From assembly GCF_006345805.1 (NCBI RefSeq), contig NC_043004.1, positions 87,916,001-87,980,000 of the forward strand: a stretch of DNA of 64,000 nucleotides. The letters run 5' to 3'. The notes below the pieces were generated by a model. The model made no database searches and was not told the DNA's origin. It was given only the letters and a program-made list of their open reading frames with translations. The first letter of the stretch is position 1; each line of letters starts with the position of its first letter. This document shows, one piece after another, positions 24,907-38,739 of the stretch. This DNA is from Octopus sinensis. Lineage: Eukaryota. The position numbers were made by a program, and so were the translations under genes.

Positions 24907-25808
24907 AGAGGCTGCGCTTCGGGTCAATTCTACTGAGGCAAATGACTAAAAGTCTTGATATCTCTCAGACAGCCATGTTACAGGTCGTGCATAAAGGCTT
25001 AAGTTGTAAAACATTAAAATTGCAACGTCGGCACCTAATTTCAGCCGCTTCCAAATCAAAGCGATTGGACAGGTGCAAGAAAATGACGGAAGATATTCAG
25101 AGTGTCGTGACAATGTTTTACGAAAAGGTATTCACTATGGAGGCTGCAGTAAACACCCAGAATAACAGGATTTTGGTCATGAGGCCGGATGCTGTTCTCG
25201 AAGGCGTCCGTAAGCTGTTTCGCCAAATGAAACCCGCCGGAGTGATGGTCTGGGCGGCAGTGTCATCTGATGGTGGAAAATCTCCACAGGTGTTCTTTAA
25301 AGTGGGGACGAAGGTCAATTCGGCAATTTACGCGAAAATGTTGGAGGAAAATGTTTTGCCATGGATGACCGAAGCATTTGGAGATAATTACGTGTTCACG
25401 CAAGACGTCCAACGTGACACAGTAGTGGTGCAGGAGTCATTTCAGAGGGTTCCAGAACAAGAACGTGTTGTTCTCCTTCAGCCCAGACGTCAACCCTATG
25501 GACTTCACTATTTGGTCTATTTTAGAAAATGACGTTTCAAGAGTTTCCTTCAAAAATATCACCGCTTTGAAGAAAACCTTAGTCGCGTTATGGAATCATT
25601 TAAGTGAATAAGTCATCTGGCGTTCGTGTGTCTCTGTTCTCGGCCGACTTTGGGCAATTGTGAAGGCTAAAGACGGACATATTGAACGAAGCGTATCTTA
25701 ATATGTTACATGCTGTTTAATTAAATCCTAAAGAACTTGTGTGTTTTTATGCCCTTTACTAAAACTTATGACTAAAAATCAGTCGGGTATTCTTTGCGGT
25801 GCACCCTG
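24907..25808 (+). mobile_element. 5'-truncated maT/DD37D-like Tc1/mariner transposon
   Basis: EKVFTMEAAVNTQNNRI, PAGVMVWAAVSSDGGK, VNSAIYAKMLEENVLPW, YVFTQD, SPDVNPMDF; ends caccctg|ta. Confidence 0.88.
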
Positions 25809-25916
25809 TATTCTTGTTAAGGAATATTAAATTTGTACTCTACCAAAATTATTCAGTAATCCTTCAGTTTAATGCAAAGTTGTTTTATAACATAAAAGCA
25901 AACATTATATATATAT

Positions 25917-26213
25917 CACCGTGATCACCGTGACCGACCAGGCTATCAGATGTTGCTACACATCGCTGGTCATAATGCGCTTCGCATTGTTTTAGCCTCC
26001 AAATGACGCCACCCCGCTGTGGCTACGCGAGTAGGCCAACAGAAGAAAGAGTGAGAGAAAGTTGTGGCGAAAGAGTACAGCAGGGATCGCCACCACCACC
26101 CTGCCAGAGCGACGTGGAGCTTCAGGTGTTTTCGCTCAATAAACACTCACAACGCCCGGTCTGGGAATCGAAACCGCGAGTCTGCTGCCCTAACCACTGG
26201 GCCATTGCGCCTC

Positions 26214-26215
<2 letters not shown>
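25917..26215 (-). mobile_element. tRNA-derived SINE (family R)
   Basis: Reverse complement of the 21147 family. Confidence 0.85.
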
Positions 26216-26281
<66 letters not shown>

Positions 26282-27090
26282 ATACTATCTTAGTACAGTT
26301 ATAATACCGCAGCTATTAAATATTAATCACCGAGCAGGCGCAACTCTCTATTAAAAAAACGTGTTAATTTTGCCAAATTCCTTTATTTTATTTAATCTAT
26401 TTAATCGATATAGGCAGGATTGCTGCTTCAAATCTTAATCCATTAATGATAAAATCGTCAGCGACAATAAAAAAATCCTGCATCAGATGTCAGGATTTTG
26501 TTTGATTTTCATCACCTGCTAATCTTCAGTCTTGTTTCTTCTATTTTTCGCTTCTATTTGCTTCAGTCATTGGACTGTGGCCATACTGGGGCACCGCCGT
26601 GGAGGGTCTATTGAAATGAATCGACTCCAGTACTTCTTTTTTTAAAGTCTGGTACTGCTACTTATTCTATAGGACTCTCTTGCTGAACCGCTAAGTTACG
26701 GTAACGTAAACAAACCAACACCGTTTGTTAAGCGGTATTGGTTGGCAAACAGACACACACACGCACGCACGCACGCACGCACACATTCCTACGATGGGCT
26801 TCCACATAGTTTCCATTCACCAAATCCATTCCCAAGGCTCAGATCGAAAGCTATAGTAAAAGACATTTGCCCAAAGTGCCATGCAGTGGGACTGAACCCA
26901 AACTGATGTGCTTGGGAAGCAAACTTCTAACCATATAAAAAATTATTTTGCTTCTGATCGTTTGCTTGTAGCTTAATTTCAATTTTCAGACTGTTAGCAG
27001 TATATTTTGTATCTGTCAGCAAAGTGTCTTACTGAGCTTGTAGTTTATGCAGATTTCGATCAGCATTTCAATGTTGTTAACTTCAATATA

Positions 27091-27301
27091 CAAGGGGGTT
27101 CTGAAAAGCTCTTGGCTTTAAGGTGTCGCGAAAGGCCTGATGGGAGGTCGAGCCTTCTGAGTTCTTTCACAGGGATTAGAAAAACTGAAGGACCGCTGCA
27201 ATAAATGTATGAATCTGAGGGGAATATGTTGAATGAAATAATTAACTAATCATCCTATATTTTCTTTTACTCAAAGCTTGGAACTTTTCGATACCTCTTT
27301 G
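27091..27301. mobile_element. Mariner-type MITE (~210 bp)
   Basis: ta|caagggggttctgaaaag ... cttttcgatacctctttg|ta: imperfect TIRs with a TA TSD. Confidence 0.65.
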
Positions 27302-27568
27302 TAAAGAGCGGCATCTCATGGTCTTAAAGCTATGTTGTAAATGTTAACGGATGCAAAAATGCTCAACCAGACTGATGGCATGCCTACGTATCATAGTCAT
27401 GTCACCCTAATAAGATTTAATTCCAAACGTAACGAAAATTTAAGCGCCCATTGATGTTCCTGTCACTTCACTTCTAATCTTTGGTGCCAAATTAAGTTAC
27501 AAATCATTCTACAAACCAATTTAATACAAGTGAGATTTGACGTAAGTTATTTCACGCTATCGATTCTG

Positions 27569-30071
27569 GTTGAACATACGATACAATCATTGACAGCCTG
27601 TATCGTAGTTGACATACGATACAATTATTGACACCCTGTATCGTAGTTGACATACGAATCAGTTATTGATAGCCTGTATCGTGGTTGACATACGATACAA
27701 TTATTGACACCCTGTATCATAGCTGACATACGAATCAGTTACTGATAGCCTGTATCGTAGTTGACATACGATACAATTATTGACAGCCTGTAGCGTAGTT
27801 GACATACGAATCAGTTATTGATAGCCTGTATCGTAGTTGACATACGATACAATTATTGACACCCTGTATCGTAGTTGACATACAAATCAGTTATTGATAG
27901 CCTGTATCGTAGTTGACATACGATACAATTATTGACAGCCTGTAGCATAGTTGACATACGATACAATCATTGACAGCCTGTATCGTAGTTGACATACTAT
28001 ACAATTATTGACAGCCTGTATCGTATTTGACATACGAATCAGTTATTAATAGCCTGTATCGTAGTTGACATACGATACAATTATTGACAGCCTGTAGCGT
28101 AGTTGACATACGATACAATCATTGACAGCCTGTATCGTAGTTGACATACGATACAACCATTGACAGCCTGTATCGTAGTTGACATACGATACAATTATTG
28201 ACACCCTGTATCGTAGTTGACATACGATACAATTATTGACAGCCTGTAGGGTAGTTGACATACGAATCAGTTATTGATAGCCTGTATCGTAGTTGACATA
28301 CGATACAATCATTGACAGCATTATCGTAGTTGACATACGATACAATTATTGACACCTTGTATCGTAGTTGACATACGAATCAGTTATTGATAGCCTGTAT
28401 CGTAGTTGACATACGATACAATTATTGACACCCTGTAGCGTAGTTGACATATGATACAATCATTGACAGCCTGTATCGTAGTTGACATACGATACAATTA
28501 TTGACACCCTGTATCATAGTTGACATACGAATCAGTTATTGATAGCCTGTATCGTAGTTGACATACGATACAATTGTTGACAGCCTGTAGCGTAGTTGAC
28601 ATACGATACAATCATTGACAGCCTGTATCGTAGTTGACATACGATACAATTATTGACACCCTGTATCGTAGCTGACATACGATACAATTATTGACACCCT
28701 GTATCGTAGTTGACATACGAATCAGTTATTGATAGCCTGTATCGTAGTTGACATACGATACAATCATTGACAGGCTGTATCGTAGTTGACATACGATACA
28801 ATTATTGACAGCCTGTATCGTAGTTGTCATACGAATCAATTATTGATAGCCTGTATCGTAGTTGACATACGATACAATTATTGACACCCTGTAGCGTAGT
28901 TGACATACGATACAATCATTGACAGCCTGTATCGTAGTTGACATACGATACAATTATTGACACCCTGTATCGTAGTTAACATACGAACCAGTTATTGATA
29001 GCCTGTATCGTAGTTGACATACGATACAATTATTGACAGCCTGTAGCATAGTTGACATACGAATCAGTTATTGATAGCCTGTATCGTAGTTGACATACGA
29101 TACAATCATTGACAGCCTGTATCGTAGTTGTCATACGATACAATCATTGACAGCCTGTATCGTAGTTGACATATGATACAATTATTGATAGCCTGTATCG
29201 TAGTTGACATACGAATCAGTTATTGATAGCCTGTATCGTAGTTGACATACGATACAATTATTGACAGCCTGTAGCGTAGTTGACATACGATACAATCATT
29301 GACAGCCTGTATCGTAGTTGACATACGATACAATTATTGACACCCTGTATCGTAGTTGACATACGAATCAGTTATTGATAGCCTGTATCGTTGTTGACAT
29401 ACGATACAATCATTGACAGCCTGTATCGTAGTTGACATACGATACAATTATTGACACCCTGTATCGTAGTTGACATACGAATCAGTTATTGATACCCAGT
29501 ATCGTAGTTGACATACGATACAATTATTGACAGCCTGTATCGTAGTTGACATACGATACAATCATTGACAGCCTGTATCGTAGTTGACATACAATACAAT
29601 TATTGACACCCTGTATCGTAGTTGACATACGAATCAGTTATTGATAGCCAGTATCGTAGTTGACATACGATACAATTATTGACAGCCTGTATCGTAGTTG
29701 ACATACGATACAATCATTGACAGCCTGTATCGTAGTTGACATACGATACAATTATTGACACCCTGTATCGTATTTGACATACGAATCAGTTATTGATAGC
29801 CTGTATCGTAGTTGACATACGATACAATTATTGACAGCCTGTAGCGTAGTTGACATACGATACAATCATTGACAGCCTGTATCGTAGTTGACATACGATA
29901 CAATTATTGACACCCTGTATCGTAGTTGACATATGAATCAGTTATTGATAGCCTGTATCGTAGTTGACATACGATACAATTATTGACAGCCTGTAGCGTA
30001 GTTGACATACGATACAATTATCAACAGCCTGTATCGTAGTTGGCGTACGATACAATTATTGACAGCCTGTA
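27569..30071. repeat. 38-bp tandem satellite, 65 full units, with higher-order variant phasing
   Basis: Unit gacagcctgtatcgtagttgacatacgatacaattatt. 27592 to 30061 is 2469 bp = 65 x 38 - 1, explained by one visible 1-nt deletion near 28320. Confidence 0.97.
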
Positions 30072-30110
30072 CGTGACAGAATTTGCCATATTTTGTATTA
30101 TATGAAAATA

Positions 30111-30961
30111 CCGGGTGTTCTGACTAAATATTTAATGTCTCCCTTTTTCAGAAACAACTTAATGTATTGGTAAATAGTCAACGGCATTGGAGAGCATAAA
30201 GATCAGAGTTGTAGTTGACAAAAAAAAGTTGGCTGATATGGAGAATTGGAAACCATCTGAACTCTGGAAAAGACTTATCCGTATCGTGATGATTCTTGCC
30301 GGGATCACAATGCCGACATCATGACTGATATTCAATGCTCTGTGAACGCGGTAAAAGCTGTAAGATGTGATATGGGCAGCTGCAACAGAGGCTACAAAGC
30401 CATGGCCAGCAAGAAGGGAGACATCAGGCGTTCTGACTACATCCACACTGCAAAATTCATCTCCGTATCTTTGAATAGGGCCTTAGGATCAATTCAGTGG
30501 TCTGTGTAAATCTGTGTGGTTAAACCCTGCTTGCTGCTTGAAGGCCATATGTGTGGCAGCAGGAATCGGTTCATTGTCAATTAAGCTCCTCACCATACGT
30601 CCGGCAAGGGTCAGAAATGGTTGTTGGAGAATTTATACGACTTCACCGTCCCTAATTTCTGGCCCGATTGTAATCCCATGGATTACTATGTGTGGGTGTG
30701 GTCGGGAAAGAACCCAGTCGCTCTGCCTGCAATACCAAAGCCGAGCTGGTGGCCAAGATGAAAGACATTCCTAATGACACAGCGAAGGTTCCAGAGGTTC
30801 CAGAGCCGTCTTGAGGTCATCGTAGAGGCTGAGGGTAGCTACTTAGAGTAAACTAATCTCTCAGTCATATTCTGGTAGGTATTTTTTTTATTTTTAAAAT
30901 ACTTTCATTTGTGTTTTCTTTTCCTTTTATGCAAACTGTCAAATTTAGATCGAAAACCCTG
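30111..30961 (+). mobile_element. Internally deleted maT/DD37D-like transposon
   Basis: TIR-like ends ta|ccgggtgttctgactaaat and atttagatcgaaaaccctg|ta. MENWKPSELWKR at the N-terminus; PDCNPMDYYVW...CNTKAELVAK...RLEVIVEAEGSYLE* at the C-terminus. Confidence 0.8.
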
Positions 30962-31330
30962 TATATTACAAACATATTCGATAGCCTCGAAAAAGGTAAC
31001 AACTTCAATACAACGCTCTTATGAATCTGCGTCACACAAATTCAATGTATGGCATCCATATGTTGAGAAAGTAGCGAACAGATTTTCACTTGGTTAATAT
31101 ATATTGTGCTCTCTTGTACCTAGCTGCCATATTGACGACGTTATCATATACTCGACCTCTGTAGTTTTCCAAGCGAATATTTTTATTCAATGTCTTCTCT
31201 ATTAGGATTGCAATTCCATAACCTCTTTTTTGCGTAACATTATTCAAAAGAGAGAAATCTTTCTCGAATGTTCAATCCACAATCTACATTTTGGAGGTAA
31301 CGTACAATAAACGTCTGCTCAACATATATA

Positions 31331-31843
31331 TCTATATATATAAAACTGTAGTTGTGTGAGTGTCTGTCCCCTTCGATTTAGATTCCTAACTACTCCCACA
31401 TTTTGCGGTGCAGTTTAACCAAATTCGGATATCTTATAGTCGCGATTCATATCGAGCCCGTCTGAGTATTAGCGCGCGTCTACGATCAGTCTACGATTTT
31501 AAAAATAATTTAACATCATTTTTTATTCCATTTTAATGAATAATATTTCGTGTGTCGATGGCGGCGGAGTTGGCGTCCATGGTCACACCGGCACCTGTTT
31601 GCTTCTCCCCCTTCTTCCCTCCCTCGTGAAGCTGTGGGGAAGGGAGTGTAAGGAAATCAACGTCGTAAAGCGTTGTCAAGGAGACCAGCGTTCTTTTAGA
31701 ACAACGACTTCATGGCTTGAAGACACCAAAACAGAAATGGCTAAGAAAGCCCGAATTGGCATCTATAAGGGAAGTAACTCTCTAAAAATGCTTATATAGT
31801 TATTTCCCTTACAAACCCGAGCAACGCCGGGCGATACTGCTAG
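31331..31843 (+). mobile_element. Non-autonomous Helitron (513 bp)
   Basis: A|TC start, hairpin cccgagcaacgccggg, CTAG|T end. Confidence 0.88.
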
Positions 31844-32099
31844 TATATATATATATATCAAATATTATTGGATAAGATTTTACCTTTGATCTTTTAGAGA
31901 ATGTATGCTTCAAAAATAGATCATAGCAAAGAGAAATAAAAAAAATGTTTTGAGGTTCAATTGTACTTCGAAACTTTTTTCTCGATTTCTTTGATCTTCC
32001 TGATACTGGATTCATATACTGAGTTCCAATGAGACAAAAGTTTAACAACGCTAGTCAGATGAACGCTATCGCGGAGACGTTCCATAGATCTATAAAATA

Positions 32100-32403
32100 C
32101 TAGCAGTATCGCCCGGCGTTGCTCGGGTTTGTAAGGGAAATAACTATATAAGCATTTTTAGAGAGTTATTTCCCTTATATAGTAGCAAAAAAAATGCATT
32201 AAAAATGGGAAAAAATGATGGTAAATTTTTTTTAAAATCGTAGACTCATCGTAGACGCGCGCTAATACCCAGAAGGGCTCGATATGAATCACGACTATAA
32301 GATACCTGCTTTTGGTTAAACTGCACCGCAAAATGTGGGAGTAGTTAGGAATCTAAATCGTAGGAGACAGACACTCACACAACTTCACTTTTATATATAA
32401 AGA
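32100..32403 (-). mobile_element. Non-autonomous Helitron, short form (304 bp), inverted relative to 31331
   Basis: Same termini and body as 31331-31843, minus a ~215-bp internal segment. Confidence 0.88.
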
Positions 32404-32996
32404 TAACGTTCAGGCTGTTAATGGCGGAGTTGCTTCAGCGCTGCAATTTTGTCTTTATTGTCAAGATGTTGTTCCAACTGCAAACGTTGTAAACATCAAT
32501 ATTTTTACAACAAGGCATCTCGTTAGATTCTCGAACAGTCCAGACAGTTCTAAAAGAACCTATTATAGGTAGCCGTCATTTACAAGCAAGTATGCCTTGG
32601 TAACATGTATCATGCTTTCGCTAATTGTATTAAGTACTTCTGTAGTGCGTGCTGATATATACATCCTCTCAACTCCTCACTCTTATCTCACCGGAACATC
32701 CAGGATTCCCTCAACAAATGAAAAGAGATAGACAGATAGAGATAGAGAGAGGCGGATAGAGGGAGAGGAGGGGGTTATGACTGCACTCAGACTGGTATTC
32801 ATTATTGCTGGGTAAACTAGACCAACATAACAGAAACGCTTTGCTCAAGTACTCAATGTGCCACCCGGTCGAGGAATTCAACCCACAGCATTATGAGCAG
32901 AACATCCATAACCACTAGGTTCCGTGCTCTATCTCTTATCACGGAGAAGTGTTATACTAAACGGTCATGTAGGTCGATTTATGATAAATTTTTAAG

Positions 32997-33179
32997 TAGG
33001 CGTAGGAGTGACTGTGTGGTATGTAGCTTGCTTACCAACCACATGGTTCTGGGTTCATTCCCACTGCGTGGCACCTTGGGTAAGTGTCTTCTACTATAGC
33101 CTCGGCGCGATCAAAGCCTTGTGAGTGGATTTGGTAGACGGAAACAGAAAGAAGCCCGTCGTATATATGTGTATATATA

Positions 33180-33253
<74 letters not shown>

Positions 33254-33475
33254 ATATGTTTGTGTGTCTGTGTTTGTACCCCCAACATCGCTTGACAACC
33301 GATGCTGGTGTGTTTACGTCCCCGTAACTTAACGGTTCGGCAAAAGGGACCGATAGAATAAGTACTAGGCTTACAAAGAATAAGTCCTAGGATCGATTTT
33401 CTCGACTAAAGGCGGTGCTCCACAATGGCCACAGTCAAATGACTGAAACAAGTAAAAGAGAGTAAAAGAGTAAGT
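32997..33475 (+). mobile_element. CORE-type SINE, full length
   Basis: Head, CORE, (TA)n and tail (gtaaaaga)n. Confidence 0.85.
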
Positions 33476-33899
33476 AACATTAATAAGCTTTTCATATGTT
33501 GTTACTGCGGTATGCATTTGCATGACTTAAATAGGTCGAAGGTATTCTAAAGTTTGGGAACGGAGAACGGGGCACGATGTTATATATTTGGAATCTTCGA
33601 AATAAAAATGAAAATGAAAATAATAAATAAAATAAAGACTTTATTAATATATTTAATAAATTATAATAACAAGTTACAATTACAATAAAAAAACAAAAGC
33701 ATTGCTTATTTTACTCCTATTCTTGTGTAAATGTTACATGTACATACACAGACACTTACATACACACATGCATTATATATATACACATATACATATATAT
33801 ATATAATATACATATATATATATTTATATACATATATATATATACATATCTATATATACATATACATACATATATATATATACATATACATATATATAT

Positions 33900-33942
<43 letters not shown>

Positions 33943-34142
33943 CTATATATATATATATATATATTATATCTATATATACATATACATATACACACACACA
34001 CACATATACATATATGTATATATATATATATATATGAGCGCCATACTAATACAATTGTTGGTTTGTATTCCACCTGCCTTCGTCTTTTGTTTATTTCCGT
34101 AAACCTGCCTTCGTCTTTTGTTTATTTTCATAAAGCTTCCCG

Positions 34143-34187
<45 letters not shown>

Positions 34188-34413
34188 CATGCATTTAACT
34201 TGCCAAAATACACACGTACACACATACATACGTACATATATATCATGAACTATCTGTTACTTTCTCAGATGCAGAACGGAATTTTGTCCGTGAACAGGTC
34301 GCGGTCTCAAAGCAACGAAAATATTTTGGCAAATTAAATTTAAATGCTGAAGTGAATCTAACGGTTTTCGTGTGTTTCTTAAAAGGCTTATAAACACCTT
34401 CTACGCTTCAATT

Positions 34414-34512
<99 letters not shown>

Positions 34513-34658
34513 ATATTTGTCAAATACAAAGAATATATATGTTATTTTATGTTTTATAAAACACGCGTTTCGGAAAATTACTGCCAAGATAATATAATTG
34601 CTGTTGAAACATATAAAATTATTAAATTACCTCTCCAGTGTTCAGCAAGTAGTACGCG

Positions 34659-34748
<90 letters not shown>

Positions 34749-35322
34749 ACACACACACACACACACACAAACACAAACACACACACACACACATACACAC
34801 ACACACACACACACACTTGTAAGAGAGCCGAATTCAGCGTGCCTCAGTCCCAGTACCTCAATGCTGGAGGTAAACTCGAGAAAAAAAGCAAGTCTGCAGT
34901 TTGGTTTAGATTTCTGTTGTCAGTATTTCAATATTTCTACTATTAACGCCACCGAAGTGGGGAAAACAGAAAATAGACAAAACCTGAGAACCTTTTTCTC
35001 GTACGACTGATCGCGTATACATTCCAAGTTATCTATCAGTCTCGGAAGCAGTACCATCTTAAGTTCTGCGCATATTCGGCAGTTGTCAAGAGTGCTCCAA
35101 GGCTCTAGGGACCCTATATACGTGGGGCCTCCCAATAATGTATGTGGAATCTGTAATAATCATAGTAAATCATGTTGTCCATGGAATTACAATGCTGCCA
35201 AACGGGTCTTGCTTGAAGGCCCTGACAAAGGGTGATGTAAACCATTCTTCCTCTTCTGATAGCGCCATAAACAAACATTGGAGAAAAATACAGCTTTTGA
35301 AATATGATATAATGATATGGCG

Positions 35323-35387
<65 letters not shown>

Positions 35388-35472
35388 GGTGTGTTGGTAG
35401 AATCGTTAACGCACCGGACAAAATGCTTAGCATAATCGACTATTCCCCTCCGTGAACTTACTACATTTGTGC

Positions 35473-35540
<68 letters not shown>

Positions 35541-35543
35541 CAA

Positions 35544-36038
35544 GGTTGAGGAAAGAGTTCGTGCGCCGTGTTAAAATAATGATTTTTTTATGCAAGAATT
35601 TATTCAAACACATCAACAACTTTTCTTCAAAATAAAGTCCATCATTTTCCACGACCTTCTGCCAACGATCTATAAGCTTTCGGATTTGTTCGGCTTGGAA
35701 TCGAAAAATTCTTGACAGGCTTCTTCAACTTCATTGAATGACTCAAATCGGCGACCTTCCATAAAGTGCTGCATTGATCGGAAGAGACCGCAGTCAGATG
35801 GAGCAACGTCTGGACTATAGGCTGGATGCGGCAGAACTTCCACACCATCCATTTCTTCAATCTTGTTACTGGTCTTTCTGGCGGTATACGGCTTTGCATT
35901 GTCTTGTTGAAACAAAGCACGTTTTCGACGAACACAGTGAGTCACCATTTAACATGACATGAACTGAATGAACAAACACACCACAAAATGTATGAAAAAG
36001 CATTATTTTAACATGGCGCACGAACATTTTCCTCAACC
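35544..36038 (-). mobile_element. Internally deleted mariner (DD34D) inside (ATT)n
   Basis: FQQDNAKPYTA...LPHPAYSPDVAPSDCGLFRSMQHF; ~40-bp TIRs ggttgaggaaa(g/a)..ttcgtgcgcc(g/a)tgttaaaataatg. Confidence 0.9.
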
Positions 36039-36154
<116 letters not shown>

Positions 36155-36682
36155 TAATAATAATAGTGGGAGAGTAATGCATGCCATCAAAATGACACTG
36201 GTTTACAAATATACGAAGTTCAATATATCCACCATATCTACCTGTCTGATAAGGGTACGTCAGACACATGCATCACATCATATGTCCACGACATGGTAAT
36301 CTCATATCAGATTAAACAGTGCATGACCTTGCAGGTGTGGCTCAGTCGGAATTTTTTTCATGCCAAGTGGCCCACCCTATTTGGTAGTTCCCTGAATAAG
36401 GGAATTCCTCTCAACTCATGGCTATGATGCTCTCCCACCACTCGTGCCCGTGATTAGAGATGCACATATCGCCAGCCACTAAGGGACATGCTCAACTGGT
36501 TATGGTCAAACAACTAACAACCAAATCTGTGGTATTGAGCAGAATATTCGCTGTAGTCCATCTTTTATACCAAGACAAAATATTTACATGTTAACACTTC
36601 CAATCAGTTAAGAGCAGAAACCATGAGAGTTACTGCCTAGTACTGCATAAGGGAATTTGATGCTCCCTCACTACTCATACTC

Positions 36683-36726
<44 letters not shown>

Positions 36727-36799
36727 CTTCGTTGCACAGTGTAGGTAAAAATGTACCGGAGTCTTTAGTCGTCTGTCAAGTCACAAGATAATACTTTCC

Positions 36800-37310
36800 T
36801 TAGGTACAAGGCCAACAATATTCAGAGAGAAGAGTTAGTTGATATCATTGACCACAGTACTCAACTGGTACTTTATTTTATTGATCTCGAAAGATGAGTA
36901 GTGCTGTTGACTTTGACGGCATTCAAACTGAGAATGTAAAGAGTTGAAACAAATACCGTCGCGTATTTTTCCGATGCTTTAACGAGTCTGCCAGTTCTCC
37001 GCCTTAGCTACCCTTCAAATGGTTTCAAATGATTTAAAATTTTGGCACATATCAGCAATTTTTAGGAGATGGCGTAAATTGATGACATCAACCCTGGTAC
37101 TTACTTTATCGAATCCGAAAGGATAAAAGGCAAAGTCGACCTTGGAGGAATTTGAACAACAGCTTTACGTTCTGAGTTCAAATTTCGCCGATGTCAACTT
37201 CGTCTTTCAAACTTGCGAGGTCGATAAAATAAGTGAAAAATCGACAAACCACCCTGTCCCACTTCCATCAGAAAATTTCAGGCCTAGTGCCTATTGTACA
37301 AAGAATTATT
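36800..37310. mobile_element. Decayed copies of tRNA-derived SINE family M just downstream of the Ctr stop, including a divergent inverted pair
   Basis: aaggcaaagtcgaccttggaggaatttgaac is followed by gttcaaatttcgccgatgtcaacttcgtcttt. Confidence 0.75.
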
Positions 37311-37364
37311 ATTTTGTTTATGAGAAAAACGTAAGCATTGAGACGTAAGCACATTAAAAGATGT

Positions 37365-37644
37365 TCATTGCTTGACGCTCCGTGTTGACGGATTTTTAAT
37401 CAGAGCAATCTCCACAGCCGATGGCTTTGTTCGTTCTATTTTTTTATCAGCATGGATTCGTATGATTGGGTGTAAGAAGAAGTATCCTAAAGATGAGCCA
37501 ACAATGATGCTGATGAAAATCCAGGTATTATAAGACATAGAACATAACATTAGAAACAATCCGGTTCCTGTCTGTAGCATATGTAGACAACTTTGCCATA
37601 AACGGGTTTTCATATTCTGTAGGAACACTTTTGCTGAAGGTTTG
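37365..37644 (-). CDS. SLC31A: Ctr/SLC31A copper transporter, last coding exon (TM2 + TM3 + C-tail)
   Basis: Translates KPSAKVFLQNMKTRLWQSCLHMLQTGTGLFLMLCSMSYNTWIFISIIVGSSLGYFFLHP...SVKQ*. Has the MxxxM motif (MLCSM) followed by the YN..GxxxG (GSSLG) Ctr signature. Acceptor ttttctattccacag; phase 2 matches the upstream exon. Confidence 0.93.
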
Positions 37645-37726
37645 CTGTGGAATAGAAAATAAAAATAATTCAAAATTATCGCTTGTAATAACTACAATTC
37701 ATCTTTCTATCTGAAACCAACCAAAC

Positions 37727-37822
<96 letters not shown>

Positions 37823-38739
37823 CTTCCTTCTTTACTGACTCTCTCCCTCTTTTCTTCCTTTCTCTCTCTCTCTCTCTCTCTTTTCTCTCTCTCTTTCTTT
37901 CTTTCTCTATCTCTTTCTTTCTCTCTCGCTTTCTCTCTTTCTTTCTCACTCTCTCTCTCTTTTTCTTTCTTTCTCTCTTTCTCTTTCTTTCACTCTCTCT
38001 CTTTCTTTCCCTCTTTCCCTCTCTCTCTTTCTTTCCCTCTTTCCCTCTCTTTCTTTCCTTCTCTCCTTCCTTCCTTCCTTCCTTCCTTCCTTCCTTCCTT
38101 ATAGCGACACCTCTGCAAGGCACAACAAGTAAACTGAAAAGAAGAATACAAAAAAAGCACAAAAGAAACAGTTAATGATCACCAGGACTAGAAAAATTAT
38201 CCATTTGTAATCTTTTTGATTTTCGCGCAACAAATAAACATCCCATATAGCAATTTTTCCTTTATATCAATGCATCGGGAAGACTCCAGTACAAGTTCGA
38301 TTACACGAGGAAAATATATTTAAGAAATATAGACCAAAATTAAATACTTTATAACAAACTAGAATTTAAAAAAAAACTGCTTAAGTGGGTGCTCCAGTAT
38401 GGCCGCAGTCAAATGACAAACAATTCCGATTAAATGAAATAATTATATCTATTAAGAAATATAAACTAAATCTAAATACTTTATAACAAACTAGAATTTA
38501 AAAAGAAATTTATGGCTGTGCTCCAGCATGACCGCAGTCAAATGACTGAAACAAGAAAAAAATTCTACTCAGCTAATTAAGTAGAAATAACAAAAATTAT
38601 GAAGGTAAAACAAAAGTTGAGTTAACGGGATTCCCCTGCGATTCGAAACCCTAACTTCAAACTATTGTGCAATTATTCTTTTTCAACACTATTTGCTGAT
38701 GTTACCCTAGTGCTGTCTTAAAGCACAATGAGCAATTGC

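Noticed and set aside
27569-30071. CRISPR array, or bacterial -35 (TTGACA) promoter array
   Set aside because: The units are contiguous with no unique spacers, there are no cas genes, and the context is eukaryotic.
34890-35000. Second Ctr TM1-like peptide on the minus strand (FCLFSVFPTSVALIVEILKY)
   Set aside because: A stop follows immediately, the frame does not fit the nearby AG, and there are no flanking LF.GW or MxxxM segments. Probably chance, though 34815-35330 remains unexplained.
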